From contig OX597814.1 in NCBI GenBank assembly GCA_951406725.2, positions 201,376,001-201,440,000 on the forward strand: DNA of 64,000 nt, given 5' to 3'. The notes below the pieces were generated by a model. The model did not search any database. It had not been told where the DNA came from and was given only the letters and a program-made list of their open reading frames with translations. Shown here one piece after another: positions 13,544 to 26,381 of this stretch (the stretch's first letter is position 1; each line of letters starts with the position of its first letter). Origin of the DNA: Octopus vulgaris. Its lineage: Eukaryota. The position numbers were made by a program, and so were the translations under genes.

Positions 13544-14152
13544 CTGGTCAACAAGATTTTTCGTGTTTAGGAAATAGACATCATTCCTATACAAAATCGG
13601 TCTCCTGTATCCAAATATAACCTTTTTTTACCCCTAAGATCTAGTTTTTTAGTTATTGAACATCCCTATAGTCACTATGTGTGTCTGTACATCCAGTATG
13701 CAGTGTTTGTTATCTTATTCTAATTCTAAGTTTTATTTTATTTTTCCATACATTTTTGATGTTGTGGTGAACTAAGCAATAAAAAATGTGTTGCGTTAAT
13801 TCTCCAAATGTGCTTTGTTGTGTCTGTGGAGAATACACATATTCCTCATGATGCCTACTGTTGCTGGTCCTCTAACAAGTTTACTAATTCGTCGCCTTTA
13901 TTAGAAGTTGCGATTTTTAGTACAACTTTTCAGCTCGCTTAATCATCACGAACAGTAATTTTTAATGAATAAATCGTTTTTGATGAATAAATGCATAGCT
14001 GATAATTTATCACTATTTAGATACTCGTTTAACTAAGTTTTTTTCACCGAGTCTTAATCGTTCTCGCATTCTATATTTCACAAGTCTTTATCCCAGTAGA
14101 TTAGTTAGCAATCTCCCATCAAAGATTAACCCAAAGATACATATTTAATACC

Positions 14153-14401
14153 TGTTTCTTTACTACCCACAAAGGGGCTAAAGACAAAGAGGACAAACAA
14201 GGACAGACAAACGGATTAAGTCGATTATATCGACCCCAGTGCGTAACTGGTACTTAATTTATCGACCTCGAAAAGATGAAAGGCAAAGTCGACCTCGGCG
14301 GAATTTGAACTCAGAACGTAGCGGCAGACGAAATACGGCTAAGCATTTCGCCCGGCGTGCTAACGATTCTGCCAGCCTTATATATATATGTATACGCCGC
14401 C
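14153..14401 (-). mobile_element. SINE family A monomer
   Basis: 16-bp TSD ATACATATTTAATACC (14137-14152, 14404-14419); TA insert within the head. Confidence 0.92.
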
Positions 14402-15431
14402 TAATACATATTTAATACCATCATGTTAACAACCTTCTTATCTTGAACTGAATTCTAGAATTAAAATAATAACTGCTGTAGAATCAAAAATATTCTATAT
14501 AATTTTGTAAACTGAATATGCTAAATACCACCACCACAATCGCTAGGTTTCCTGTCCAATGTCTCGATATAAAACATTACTTAATTATACCAGAAATACA
14601 TTCCAGAATGTCGAAATTAAATGTTTCCTTTCTTTTTATTAATGAAATGATATTTAAAAGAAAATATCAAATATATTATGCATATATAATTCTTTTTTCA
14701 TACGACATATAATATTTCCATTAAATAATAGCTAATATGGAAGCATTTTATATCTAAAATTAATCCAAATTGTAGAATATGATATATGATGGAGTTAAAA
14801 AATATTTTAGATCTATTAAAAGGATGGTAGCTATTTTATATTGCAGACAAAAATAACATTACCTAGAGTTAATGATATGTATATTAAAGACACATTTATG
14901 TAGATACATATAGATACAAAATTACATGATACCAATAAACTATTTCTTGTACACATACATACGCTTGCATATAAATAGATTCATACATGCAAAAAAACAT
15001 ATATGCATGAATGCTTGTATATATATATGTGTATATACCCATGAATGTGTGCGTGTACATACACAAACACACAAACACACACTCAGTATCCAAAAAAGAT
15101 GTATATATACGTTGAATGATTATAAAGTTATAATTTCGTTTTGCTAGCAAAAGTGTGCCCTCGTTATCAATTAATATTTACGTTACAGTCGCCAGGAATG
15201 TGTGTTATTTGTAAATTGGTTTATCCAATTGTATCTCGTTGCTAAACTTAGTGAGTGTTTACACAATGCGTCCGTGGTTAGTTGAGGAGCTGGATGTAGC
15301 ACTGATGAGAAAGCAATAACTCTAGAAATATGTATATACACCCATTACCAATTTTTTTTCTATCTTCGCTCGCATTGTTTACATAGACATATTCGTATAA
15401 CAAAAGTCATAAATTTCAGAGCTGGCTTTAA

Positions 15432-15895
15432 ATCATCGTTTAACGTCCGTTTTTCATGCTGGCATGGGTTGGACGGTTTAACAGAGGTCTGGAAAGCCAG
15501 CGGCTGCACCAGGCTCCAATCTGACCTCGCAATGTTTCTACAGCTGGATGCCCTTCTTAACGCCAACCACTCCGAGAGTGTAATGGGTGCTTTTTACCTG
15601 CCACCGCACAGGGGCCAGTCAGGAGGGCCTGGCATCGGCCACGTTCGGAGTGTACTTTTTACGTGCAACCGACACGGGAGCCAGTCAGGGGGAACGGGCT
15701 GGCATCGGCCACGTTCGAAGTGAGCTTTTTACCTGCAACCGGCAAGGGAGCCAGTCAGGGGGCACGGGCTGGCATCGGCCACGTTCGGATGGTGCTCTTT
15801 ATGTGCAACCAACACGAGAGCCAATCAGGGGTCACTGGCATCGGCAACGTCCAAATGGTGCTTTTTATGTGCTACCGGCACGGGAGCCAGTCAAG
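15432..15895 (-). mobile_element. RTE-tailed retroposon with internal ~61-bp minisatellite (about 5 units)
   Basis: Minus-strand tail ..CATGAAAAACGGACGTTAAACGATGAT; unit GTGC(A/C)ACCGGCACGGGAGCCAGTCAGG..CTGGCATCGGCCACGTTCGG repeated about 15585-15893. Confidence 0.7.
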
Positions 15896-16118
15896 CAGCT
15901 CTGCAGAAATAAACTTAAAACTGAGAAAACTGCAAAAGTAAGTCACAGTTTCGTCTTGCAAACTTTTAATACACTTGGTAGTATATTGTGGTTGCAAAGG
16001 ATATACCGTGCCCTTGCTATACATAATTCATATTATATGCATATATATATATATATATATATATATAGATATATAGATATATAGATATATAGATATATAG
16101 ATATATACATATACGTAT

Positions 16119-16466
16119 ATATAGGAGAAGAAAATGGATATAATAACAATGGGAAAATCGTCGTTTTCGCTGGTATGTCTTTAATTTAATTATGTAACAA
16201 AGAAGGAAGAAGCAGCTTCTCTGCTTCTTTCTTCTCTACTTCTTCCTTCTTTGTTGTCTAATTAAATTAAAGGCATACCAGCGAAAACCACGAGTTTCCC
16301 CTTGTTATTACATCCATTTTCTTCTCCTATATAACCTAAACTACGGTCTACCAACTGCACCACCTACTTCCGTACAACCTTACAAAAGACTGTACCTATT
16401 CAGGTAATAACCAAGAGCGACTTTGGATCTAATTATCCGTTAGAGGTATTACACCCCTCTGATACC
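16119..16466 (+). mobile_element. Foldback insert (~95-bp arms plus ~135-bp tail) with TSD
   Basis: 16118-16212 inverted to 16239-16332; TATACATATACGTAT duplicated at 16104-16118 and 16467-16481. Confidence 0.75.
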
Positions 16467-16486
16467 TATACATATACGTATGCATA

Positions 16487-16568
<82 letters not shown>

Positions 16569-16599
16569 CACACACATATATAATTTATACTATTATTAT

Positions 16600-17003
16600 T
16601 TGTTTCAGCCATTTGACTGCGGCCATGCTGAAGTACCGCCTTTAGTCAAACAAATCGACCTCAGGACTTGTTGTTTGTAAGCCTATTGCTTATTCTATTG
16701 GTTTCTTTGATTGAACCGCTAAGTTATGGGGACGTAAACACACCAACATCTGTTGTCAAGCCATGGTTTGGGGGACAAACACAAGCACACACACACATAC
16801 ATACATACACACACACAGACACACACAAACATATATACACGACGCACTTCTTTCAGTTTCTGTCAACTAAATCTACTCAGAAGTGTTTGGTCGGCCCGAG
16901 ACTATAGCGGATGGCACTTGGCCAAGCTTCCACGCAGTGGGACCGAACCAGGAACCATGAGGTTGGGAAGCTAGCTTCTTACCACAAAGCCGCTCCTGCG
17001 CCT
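16600..17003 (-). mobile_element. SINE family B, diverged
   Basis: Colinear with 13123-13543. Confidence 0.88.
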
Positions 17004-17183
17004 ATATATACGTACAAGCATGTAACTTCCTGTATTCTCATCCAAAATGGAAACAGGTAAATATGTTCCCAATATTTAATATTGTGTAGTACCAACGACA
17101 AGTAAACACAAAGTGCTTCTAATAAACAAACCCCCACCCAAAAAAAGAAAATGCAAGAGGGAAAGAAACGGCTTTCTTTCTAA

Positions 17184-17782
17184 GGCGGCGAGCTGGCAGA
17201 AACGTTAGCACGCCGGGCGAAATGCTTAGCTGTATTTCGTTTGCCGTTACGTTCTGAGTTCAAATTCCGCCGAGGTCGACTTTGCCTTTCATCCTTTCGA
17301 TGTCGATAAATTAAGTACCAGTTACGCACTGGGGTCGATGTAATCGACTTAATCCTTTTGTCAGTCCTTGTTTGTCCTCTCTGTAATTAGCCTCTTGTGG
17401 GTAGTAAAGAAATAGGTATTTCGTCGGCCGCTTCGTTCTGAGTTCAAATTCCGCCGAGGTCGACTTTGCCTTTCATCCTTTTGGGGTCAATTAAATAAGT
17501 ACAAGTTATGCACTGAGGTCGATATGATCGACTTAATCCGTTTGTCTGTCCTTGTTTGTCCCTTCTATGTTTAGCCCTTGTGGATAGTAAAGAAATAGGT
17601 ATTTCGACTGCCGTTACGTTCTGAGTTCAAATTTTGCCGAGGTCGAATTTGCTTTTCAGCCTTTCGGGGTCGATTAAATAAGTACCAGTTACGCAGTAGG
17701 GTCTATCTAATCGACTTAATCCGTTTGTCTGTCCTTGTTTGTCCCCTCTGTGTTTAGTCCCTTATGGGCAATAAAGAAATAA
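17184..17782 (+). mobile_element. SINE family A trimer (one head, three ~185-bp bodies)
   Basis: Direct repeat GAAAGAAACGGCTTT at 17161-17175 and 17783-17797 flanks the array. Confidence 0.93.
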
Positions 17783-18314
17783 GAAAGAAACGGCTTTTCG
17801 AACCTGTTGTTAGTTAGGCTAAGAAATGGGTAATGTATAAAAACAGTTAACAATCAGGATAATGGTTAGATGCAGACGTGTCTTCAAACTATTTTCTGAA
17901 GAAACTGTTTCTACCCCAGAATATTGACTTGATTGTGGTTTGCAAAGTAATGAACTAAAAACGAAATTTTCGAATCTACATTGAGATCCACTAAAAATAT
18001 AAACGTGAATACTTTTATAGCTGTTATTGGGTATTGGATTACGATTATTATTGATTATTAATTAAGTTTGTAGTTAATTATTGATTAGAACATCACCAAT
18101 GCATGATTAAATATTTAACTTTTAACTTGAAATTTATTTCTAACAGGCGGAATTAATTAAATTCCTTCAAAGCATCTTCGCCATAAAGAAGATTTTTTGG
18201 TTACAGTAGCTGGCTTTACTGCAAGCTACTTGTAGAAATTTTGTTTTTTCTTCTCGATTCTTTTGTTGTCATTAGTATTTATGTAACCATTTGGTTTCTG
18301 TGACTTATTTCTAT

Positions 18315-18866
18315 AGGTGCAGATGTGGCTGTGTGGTTGAATTTTGCAAGCTGGCAGAAACGTTAGCACGCCGGGCGAAATGCTTAGCGGTATTTCGTCT
18401 GCCATTACGTTCTGAGTTCAAATTCTGCCGAGGTCGACTTTGCCTTTCATCCTTTCCGGGTCGATAAATTAATTACCAGTTATGCACTGGAGTCGATGTA
18501 ATCGACTTAATCTTCTTGTCTGTCCTTGTTTGTCCCCTCTGTGTTTAGCCCCTTATGGGTAGTAAAGAAATAGGTATTTCTTCAGCCGCTACGTTCTGAG
18601 TTCAAATTCCACCGAGGTCGAATTTGCCTTTCATCCTTTCGGGGTCGATTAAATAAGTACCACTTACGCACTGGGGTCGATATAATCGACTTAATCTGTT
18701 TGTTTGTCCTTGTTCGGACCCTCTATGTTTAGCCCCTTGTGGGCAATAAAGAAATATGAAGTTTGCTTCCCGACCACAAGGTTTCGGGTTCAGTTTTCTA
18801 CTATAGCCTCGAGCAGACCAAAATTTTGAGTGTGGAAATGGTTGACGGAAACTGAGAGAAGCCTGT

Positions 18867-18868
<2 letters not shown>
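18315..18868 (+). mobile_element. SINE B head with nested SINE A dimer (18349-18756)
   Basis: Family B head interrupted by two family A bodies; TSD-like TGAA(T/G)TTTGC. Confidence 0.85.
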
Positions 18869-18936
<68 letters not shown>

Positions 18937-18938
18937 CA

Positions 18939-18983
<45 letters not shown>

Positions 18984-18985
<2 letters not shown>

Positions 18986-19253
18986 GGGTCATATTTACTT
19001 GGTTATCTCCCCTACTTCTTCGTCCTCCTATGTGACCCTTCTGTCCAGCAGTCGTCATGATAGATCGGTAGCCACTGCACACATCTTTTTTTCTCTCATT
19101 GTTTCTCTCCTTGTTTTTCTGTGTCCCTTTCTCTAGAAGAGCGTAGGCTCGAAACATAAAATACTCTTTCAATTCCTGAGCGTTATACTGATACATCTGT
19201 TTGTTTTCTACACCACCTGTCTTCGTCTTTTGTTTTTTCGTGAACTCTCTCCT
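18984..19253 (+). mobile_element. Penelope (Neptune-type) 3' end/pLTR in (TA)n
   Basis: GAAGAGCGTAGGCTCGAAAC and downstream TTCCTGAGCG..CACCTG..TTCGTCTTTTG homologous to the 3' end of the 57421-60213 element. Confidence 0.85.
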
Positions 19254-19294
<41 letters not shown>

Positions 19295-19580
19295 TGAGAG
19301 AGAGAGAGAGAAAGAGAGAGAGAGCTTGTTCACCTCAGCGTTTGTTAGTTTCAAAGAAGAAGCCATGGATGTTGTAGCATGGAAATCTAGATTTACTTAC
19401 GGAGACAGCAACTGAGTATCGCCTGCGGAGATACATATAGGTTTTCTCATGCAGGTAAATTGTTGCATAATTTAATTTAAACTCAACTTTAAATCCTGTG
19501 TATATCGAAACATTTGTAGCGATTAAAAAGCTGCCTAACCGTATTTACCCTTCCTTTTGACTCTTTTACTTTTTACTTTA

Positions 19581-19642
<62 letters not shown>

Positions 19643-19679
19643 CATACATACGTACACATATATAAATATATATATATAT

Positions 19680-20160
19680 ATATATAAATACATTAAAAGG
19701 CCTCCAAATAAAGAAGCGAGTGCTAGATACACAAAAAGGGGATAAATTCATAAAAAATTTTTACCGGCATCCTCTCTGTTCGCCGGGTATAATTTGCGTC
19801 TGCGCACTGGTCTGAAAAGTTAGGGTATACAGATCGTTGGATTTGCACGTGCTTCCAGCGATATGTACAGCTCGGATTACAAAGGCTTCCTGCTGACGAT
19901 TCTGGCTTTGGCAGATAAATTCTATTCATTTGCTAAAAAAAAAGATGAAACTGCAGTACAGGATTAGCTGAGAAGGTAAACGTTTTTGATTTTCATTCCA
20001 TTTCATGAATTTATCCCCTTTTTGTGTATCTAGCACTCGCTTCTTGATTTGGAAGCCTTTTAATGTATTTATATATGAATAACGTATAGTCTAATGACTA
20101 ATTCGTCTTTTGTGCTAGGTCACTGGTAATAATAATTAATTTTATTACCCTATTTACTAT

Positions 20161-20164
<4 letters not shown>
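19680..20164 (+). mobile_element. Foldback Penelope-type insert containing a hammerhead
   Basis: 19680-19751 inverted to 20005-20076; TA flanks; hammerhead in the loop. Confidence 0.8.
19888..19963 (+). ncRNA. Type I hammerhead ribozyme
   Basis: UCCUG CUGACGA [stem II] GAAAC UGCA GUA^ CAGGA; palindromic stem III ACUGCAGU. Confidence 0.85.
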
Positions 20165-20216
<52 letters not shown>

Positions 20217-20508
20217 ATGTATATATATATATATATATATAAAGGGGTTTGTATGATTGTGTATAGAGGGATATATATTGTTCAAAGGAATTCCATCTCT
20301 GTCTGTTTTTTATGTTTTATTTATATTCTTTATAATATCAATGTAGAATATAGACTATAATAATATATATAGTAAAATGAAATGAAGTATTGATTGTCTT
20401 ATTGAATAGATGAAATGTTGAATATCAAATAGTAAGGGACTAGTATACTTTCTTGCATTTAAGCAGTCCTCAAGGTCCCAGGTTGTGACAGGAATGTTTC
20501 AACTGTAA

Positions 20509-20548
<40 letters not shown>

Positions 20549-20608
20549 TATATTTATAGAATATGAAAGAAGACCTGTGAAATTCAAGCAGTTATCTCAC
20601 TTAGCATA

Positions 20609-21003
20609 TCTTTATATATAAAAGTGAAGTTGTCTGTCTGTCTCCTACGATTTAGATTCCTAACTAATCCCACATTTTGCGGTGCAGTTTAACCAAAAGC
20701 GGGTATCTTATAGTCGTGATTCATATCGAGCCCTTCTGGGTATTAGCGCGTGTCTACGATGAGTCTACGATTTAAAAAAAAAATTACCATCATTTTTTCC
20801 CATTTTTAATGCATTTATTTTTGCTATCATATAAGGGAAGTAACTCGCGTCTACGATGAGTACGATTTAAAAAAAAAATTACCATAATTTTTCCGCATTA
20901 TTAATGCATTTTCGCTCGGTTTATATAAGGGAAGTAACTCTCTATAAATGCTTATATAGTTATTTCCCTTACAAACCCGAGCAACGCCGGGCGATACTGC
21001 TAG
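20609..21003 (+). mobile_element. Non-autonomous Helitron with internal ~100-bp tandem duplication
   Basis: A|TC...hairpin...CTAG|T; about 20747-20846 repeated at 20847-20940. Confidence 0.88.
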
Positions 21004-21313
21004 TTGTTTAATAAGATGTGTGGAAGCGAACATTGCTTTATTGGAATGTCTATTGTAGGTAGAGTGTTACGTATTTTGTCTCTATTCTAGTTATATAGTG
21101 GAATGTATTTTTGAGGTAAAGATATTCTCCATTCTTATAAATATTGTCTTAGCAATATCATTGTTTGAGTAACATCTTCCAAGCGATCTTCCTCATTTAT
21201 TATTTCGTTTTAAATACTTGAAGTGTTTTTGTTTTTGTTTTTCTCTCATTTACTTGCTCAGGTTTCTGGTCGTCTGTCTGATTTTGTTTCTTTCTGCTCT
21301 GTCTCGCCGATAA

Positions 21314-21346
21314 ACCACCACCACCACCACCAGTACTACTACCACC

Positions 21347-21415
<69 letters not shown>

Positions 21416-21510
21416 GCTGCTGCTGCTACTACTATACGTAGCTATATGAGTCATGTCCGTGTGTCTATCTATCTATCTATCTATCTATAAACGTGTGTAT
21501 GCTGCTGCCG

Positions 21511-21558
<48 letters not shown>

Positions 21559-21572
21559 ACAACAACAACAAC
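21314..21572. repeat. (CCA)n/(CTA)n/(CTG)n compound microsatellite
   Basis: Direct repeats. Confidence 0.95.
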
Positions 21573-21613
21573 AGTAATAGCAATAATAATATGTTGATAT
21601 ATATATATATATA

Positions 21614-21691
21614 GCAAAAACTGTCTGATGAACGGCAACGAGAAACTCAGAGTAACAGATTTTGTTGAATTTTCCGCAGCTTAAAATAAAG
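21614..21691 (+). ncRNA. Hammerhead-only mini insert in (TA)n
   Basis: CUGU CUGAUGA aCG-GCAA-CGa GAAAC UCAGA GUA^ ACAG (21621-21658); TA on both sides. Confidence 0.8.
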
Positions 21692-21772
21692 TATATATAT
21701 ATATATACATACTCACACACATACACATGCACACACGCATGCGCACGCACACACACACACACATACACACAC

Positions 21773-21929
21773 GGAGTTTTTGCTGACTGAAGTTCTTGCA
21801 ACCGGGAATGTGAAAATATAACAAGCCCCGCACCCATTCAATATATCTTGGGTCATTTTTATCTAAGTGCTTTTCTGTTGATGTTTCTTTATTCAAGTGG
21901 TCATTCTCTGACGATTTACGTTCTTCCAT
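21773..21929 (-). CDS. Possible host exon or gene fragment, weak SLCO/OATP N-terminus resemblance
   Basis: Non-repetitive MEERKSS...RGLLYFHIPGCKNFSQQKL; AAAATGG start context; GT follows 21773; upstream donor GGTGAGT near 22017. Confidence 0.25.
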
Positions 21930-23906
21930 TTTGCTTTGGTAGACAATCTTCAGAGTAGCAATCTTGATAATGACAATAAAAATCCGAGAAAATCAGAGAA
22001 AAGTTCATAGACTCACCAATTACCCCTTACATGTACACTCTAATACATAAATTAATTAAACATTATTAACGAACAGGAATACATATATAAAGCAATTACA
22101 GGACTCGAATCCTAAACAGCGAATTCAAACCGTTTCTGTAAAACCACTCACACACATAAACAATTTCACACATATACACACGTATGTGCACATTAAAAGA
22201 AATACACAGCAAACCACCCATCCGAAGCAAAAGGAACTACTAGACCGTAAAAATTAAATGACATCCATTTGACTAAACGATTGCGTCACAGACGAACCGC
22301 AAAAACAATCCTTTTGATATACAATTGAAAACCGTATCAAAGGAAATCACCAGCTAGACCATAATGAAACTGAAAAACAGGAAATGTGTTCTACGAACCG
22401 AATTAAATAATCATTTTGATATGAAGACAATATATAATCATTTTAATAAAGGCAAATGAATTTGAAAAAAAGGAAATACGCCCAACGAATCGAAGAACAA
22501 ACCCCTGTGTTATTAAAATGACAAATAATCATTTTGGCGAATATGTTTAAGACAAAAACTACATTTACATAATAAAGATGCTAAAACTATAAAAAAATAT
22601 GTGACGATAGGACGTAAACCTTAAAAATATATACTAGATATCTTGCAAACAACTTGCACATGCAAGTGCTACCAGTTAAAAGCTCCGTATACCGGAAGCT
22701 AGCAAGTGTATGGGGTCATCAGGAGAGAATGCGTGCCATTTCGGGGCCTACCTCTCGGCGGCATCAATGCACACCGGCCCCCCTCACTGATATGAGGCTC
22801 CGCTTGCTAGATCAGCTGGTTATGAAGAACTCAATATACTTCTAGCCATCGCTCATCGTCTCTTTTTAACCAAATCCAGTGGCTAGCCTTCTCCACTGTA
22901 GATTGGATATCAGTCATTGTGGTATTGACTTTACGATGAGTTAAGCCTATCGATAACAACAGTCGTCTCACGCTGTGTCCAACAAATAAACATTACAAAA
23001 GCCGCTAAGAAAACCAACCAATGAAAGAAACAGTTACGGGTAAAGTCCAGATAAGAAAAAAGTCAGTAGTATTTATTAACCAATGGGAACAAGGGACTGA
23101 GGTGGATAAAAAGCCCGTTCTGCTGGAAATATAAAATGAAACAAGTATACAGTTATGTGAAGTTTAAAAAGACCATATATTCCTTATATCAGATATTGTG
23201 CGCTCCCTTTCTCAGTGACCTGAATCTTACCTTACTAGCAACGTTGAAATTACCTTCTACCCCCCTCTCTCTGTTTCATTTATTCTACTTCTGTTCATTC
23301 TCTCCATGTCATAGAGATCCTCCTCCGTTTCCCTGCTTTTCATTTCCTCTTCTCTACCTCTGTTACTCCTTCCTACAACACTCATATCCTCTCTCTCCCT
23401 GCTTTTTGTTCTTATTCTTCTTCTTCGTCCCTACCGTCAGTCTTCAAATTTCAGTCACTACCATATGAACTGCTTTTGCTAACTTACTCTTGATGAAGGG
23501 AGCCGGGCGTATGGTATCCAAAGGAATGGGGGGTAGAGTTCTTTTGGTAGGAGGAGAAATAAGAGGCTACTTAAGAAGGTGGGGAGGCTATGAGGGAAGT
23601 GGGAAGCAATGGTTTAGAAAAATTTGGAAAGGTAAGTATGAGAAAGATTGATAGGGGAGGGAGTTGTTGAGGTAGTTGGTTGCTAGGCTGACCTTGCCTT
23701 AGTTCAAGATAATTTTGAGCATGGATATTCATAATTATGGGATTGCGCGCACACACACTTACGCACACACACACACACTTACACACACGCACACACACAC
23801 ATACACACACACACAACGCACCATCCGTTCTAGGAATTGAAACCATAATCAAGCAATCGAGAGTGCAACACCCTAGCCACTAAGTCATATGCCCTCACTT
23901 GGTCAA

Positions 23907-24245
23907 GACCCCTTTTGGTTATGAATGACGATAAGAGTGCTCCTAGAAAGTTCCCCTCCGAAGCACAAGTCTGGGCAACGTTGTTTATGGAAGACCAGCA
24001 GTCGCCCATGCATACCAGCACCCCCCACTCTCCACACCACTGATGTTATCTAAGGGAAAGGCAAAGGGGCCGATACAGCTTGGCACCAGTGGCGTCGCAT
24101 CTCATTTGTACAGATGAGTGAACTGGAGCAACGTGAAATAAAAGTGTCTTGTTCAAGAACAAAACACACAGCCCGGCCCGGGAATCGAACTCACAATCTC
24201 ATGATCGTAAGCCCGACACTCTAACCACTGAACCAGGAGCCTTCA
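23907..24245 (-). mobile_element. SINE family D (tRNA head, V-domain-like)
   Basis: Reverse complement of 27091-27416. Confidence 0.88.
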
Positions 24246-24474
24246 TCTCTCGTAGCTCTGCGATCACTTCGACACCTGACGCGTGGCACACCGTGCACCT
24301 ATTCAGACAACGTCAATTTGATGGAGAGAGTGAGATAACGTGCGGCACGAACATTAGATCATTATAAACAAGTCATTTGTGAAGGTCATTTGGCAAGAAG
24401 CTGAACGTTCTTCGACCAGAGAGTCCGACATCACATATGTATACACGCATACATCAAAACGTACATATGTATAA

Positions 24475-24553
<79 letters not shown>

Positions 24554-24555
24554 TG

Positions 24556-24928
24556 TTTTATTATTTTACTTGTTTCATTCATTTGACTGCAGCGGTGCTG
24601 GGGAACCGCCTTTAGTCGAGCAAATAGACCCCAGGACTTATTCTTTGCAAGCCTAGTACTTATTCTATCGGGGACTTTTGCCGAATCGCCAATTTACGAG
24701 GACGTAAACACACCAGCATCGGTTGTCAAGCGATGGAAGGGGACAAACACACATCCATATATATACGACAGGCTTCTTTTAGTTTCCGTCTACCAAATCC
24801 ACTCACAAAGCTTTGGTCGGCCCGAGGTTACAGTAGAAGACACTTGCTTAAGGTGTCACACAATGGAACTGAACCCGGAACCGTGTGGTTGGTAAGCAAG
24901 CTACTTACCACGCAGCCACTCCTGCGCC

Positions 24929-24929
<1 letters not shown>
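24556..24929 (-). mobile_element. SINE family B
   Basis: Colinear with 13123-13543. Confidence 0.9.
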
Positions 24930-24985
<56 letters not shown>

Positions 24986-25139
24986 TATAATATATGTAGA
25001 CATATTTGTGTATGTGTGTGTGTGTGTGTGTGTGTGTCTTACACAACGTATCCCAATCGTCATAAAGAATGTTTTAGAAATAACATCTAAATTTCTCATA
25101 CAACGGACTTCCATCTTTTCAAACCATATTTGCACTTCA

Positions 25140-25211
<72 letters not shown>

Positions 25212-25741
25212 ACACACACACATTTACATGTATGTATATTATCGTTGTTATTGTTATTCATTTTCCTCTTTGATTTACAACTATTTTCTTTTGTATAAAG
25301 ATCGATAATATGATCTCAAAAGGAAACATTATTACACTTTGGTATTCAGAATATCTATGCTTGAATATTTCTGCCTCTTTTTTTTGTGTGTGTGTTTCTT
25401 ACTTTAATCTGTTTATTCATTTTTTTTTTTTATTCTTTAATCATTTCTACTAATCTTTCCACAGATCACAATACATTGATTGTAGGTCCAGAAGCGTAAT
25501 AGTTATTGTTGGGTTGCTGGTGTGTGTGTATTTTATTTCTATATCAAAATCATAAGATATTTATTTTATTTATGAAACTCCACCTTTTTCCTGTGAAGCC
25601 ATGCTTTAAATAACAATGAATTCAAGTGAGCTAATCAGGGAGAAGAGAACTGAATAACAATAAGGTTAATGGAAGTTCAATACACTCGATATGAATCCAC
25701 GTTTATACATGTGTGTGTGTAATTATCTATCTGTCCATCTG

Positions 25742-25968
<227 letters not shown>

Positions 25969-25991
25969 CATACATACATATATATATATAT

Positions 25992-26040
<49 letters not shown>

Positions 26041-26078
26041 CATTTATATATAACATATATATATAACATAAAATATAT

Positions 26079-26381
26079 GTGGAGGCACAATGGCCCAGTA
26101 GTTAGGGCAGCGGACTCGCGGTTTCGATTCCCAGACCGGGCGTTGTGAGTGTTTATTGAGCGAGAACACCTAAAGCTCCACGAGGCTCCGGCGGGTGGGA
26201 GTGGGGTGGCGATCCCTGCTGTACTCTTTCGTCATAACTTTCTCTCATTCTTTCTTCTGTTGGCCTGCTAGCTTAGCCAGCGGGGTGGCGTATGTTGAAG
26301 GCTAAAACAATGCGAAGCGCATTGTGACCAGCGATGTGTAGCAACATCTGATAGCCTGGTCGGTCACGCTGATCACGGTGA
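26079..26381 (+). mobile_element. SINE with family C head and an alternative 3' tail
   Basis: Matches family C to about 26260, then a different tail ending GGTCACGCTGATCACGGTG in TA. Confidence 0.85.

Noticed and set aside
15585-15893. Regularly spaced repeats resembling a CRISPR array
   Set aside because: Whole units repeat with no unique spacers; eukaryotic minisatellite; no cas genes
22710-22747. Minus-strand GAAA..CTGATGA type II hammerhead candidate
   Set aside because: No stem I or stem II pairing
23130-23745. Pyrimidine-rich then purine-rich tracts as a decayed tail-to-tail Penelope UTR
   Set aside because: Compositional similarity only; no alignable arms or intact motifs
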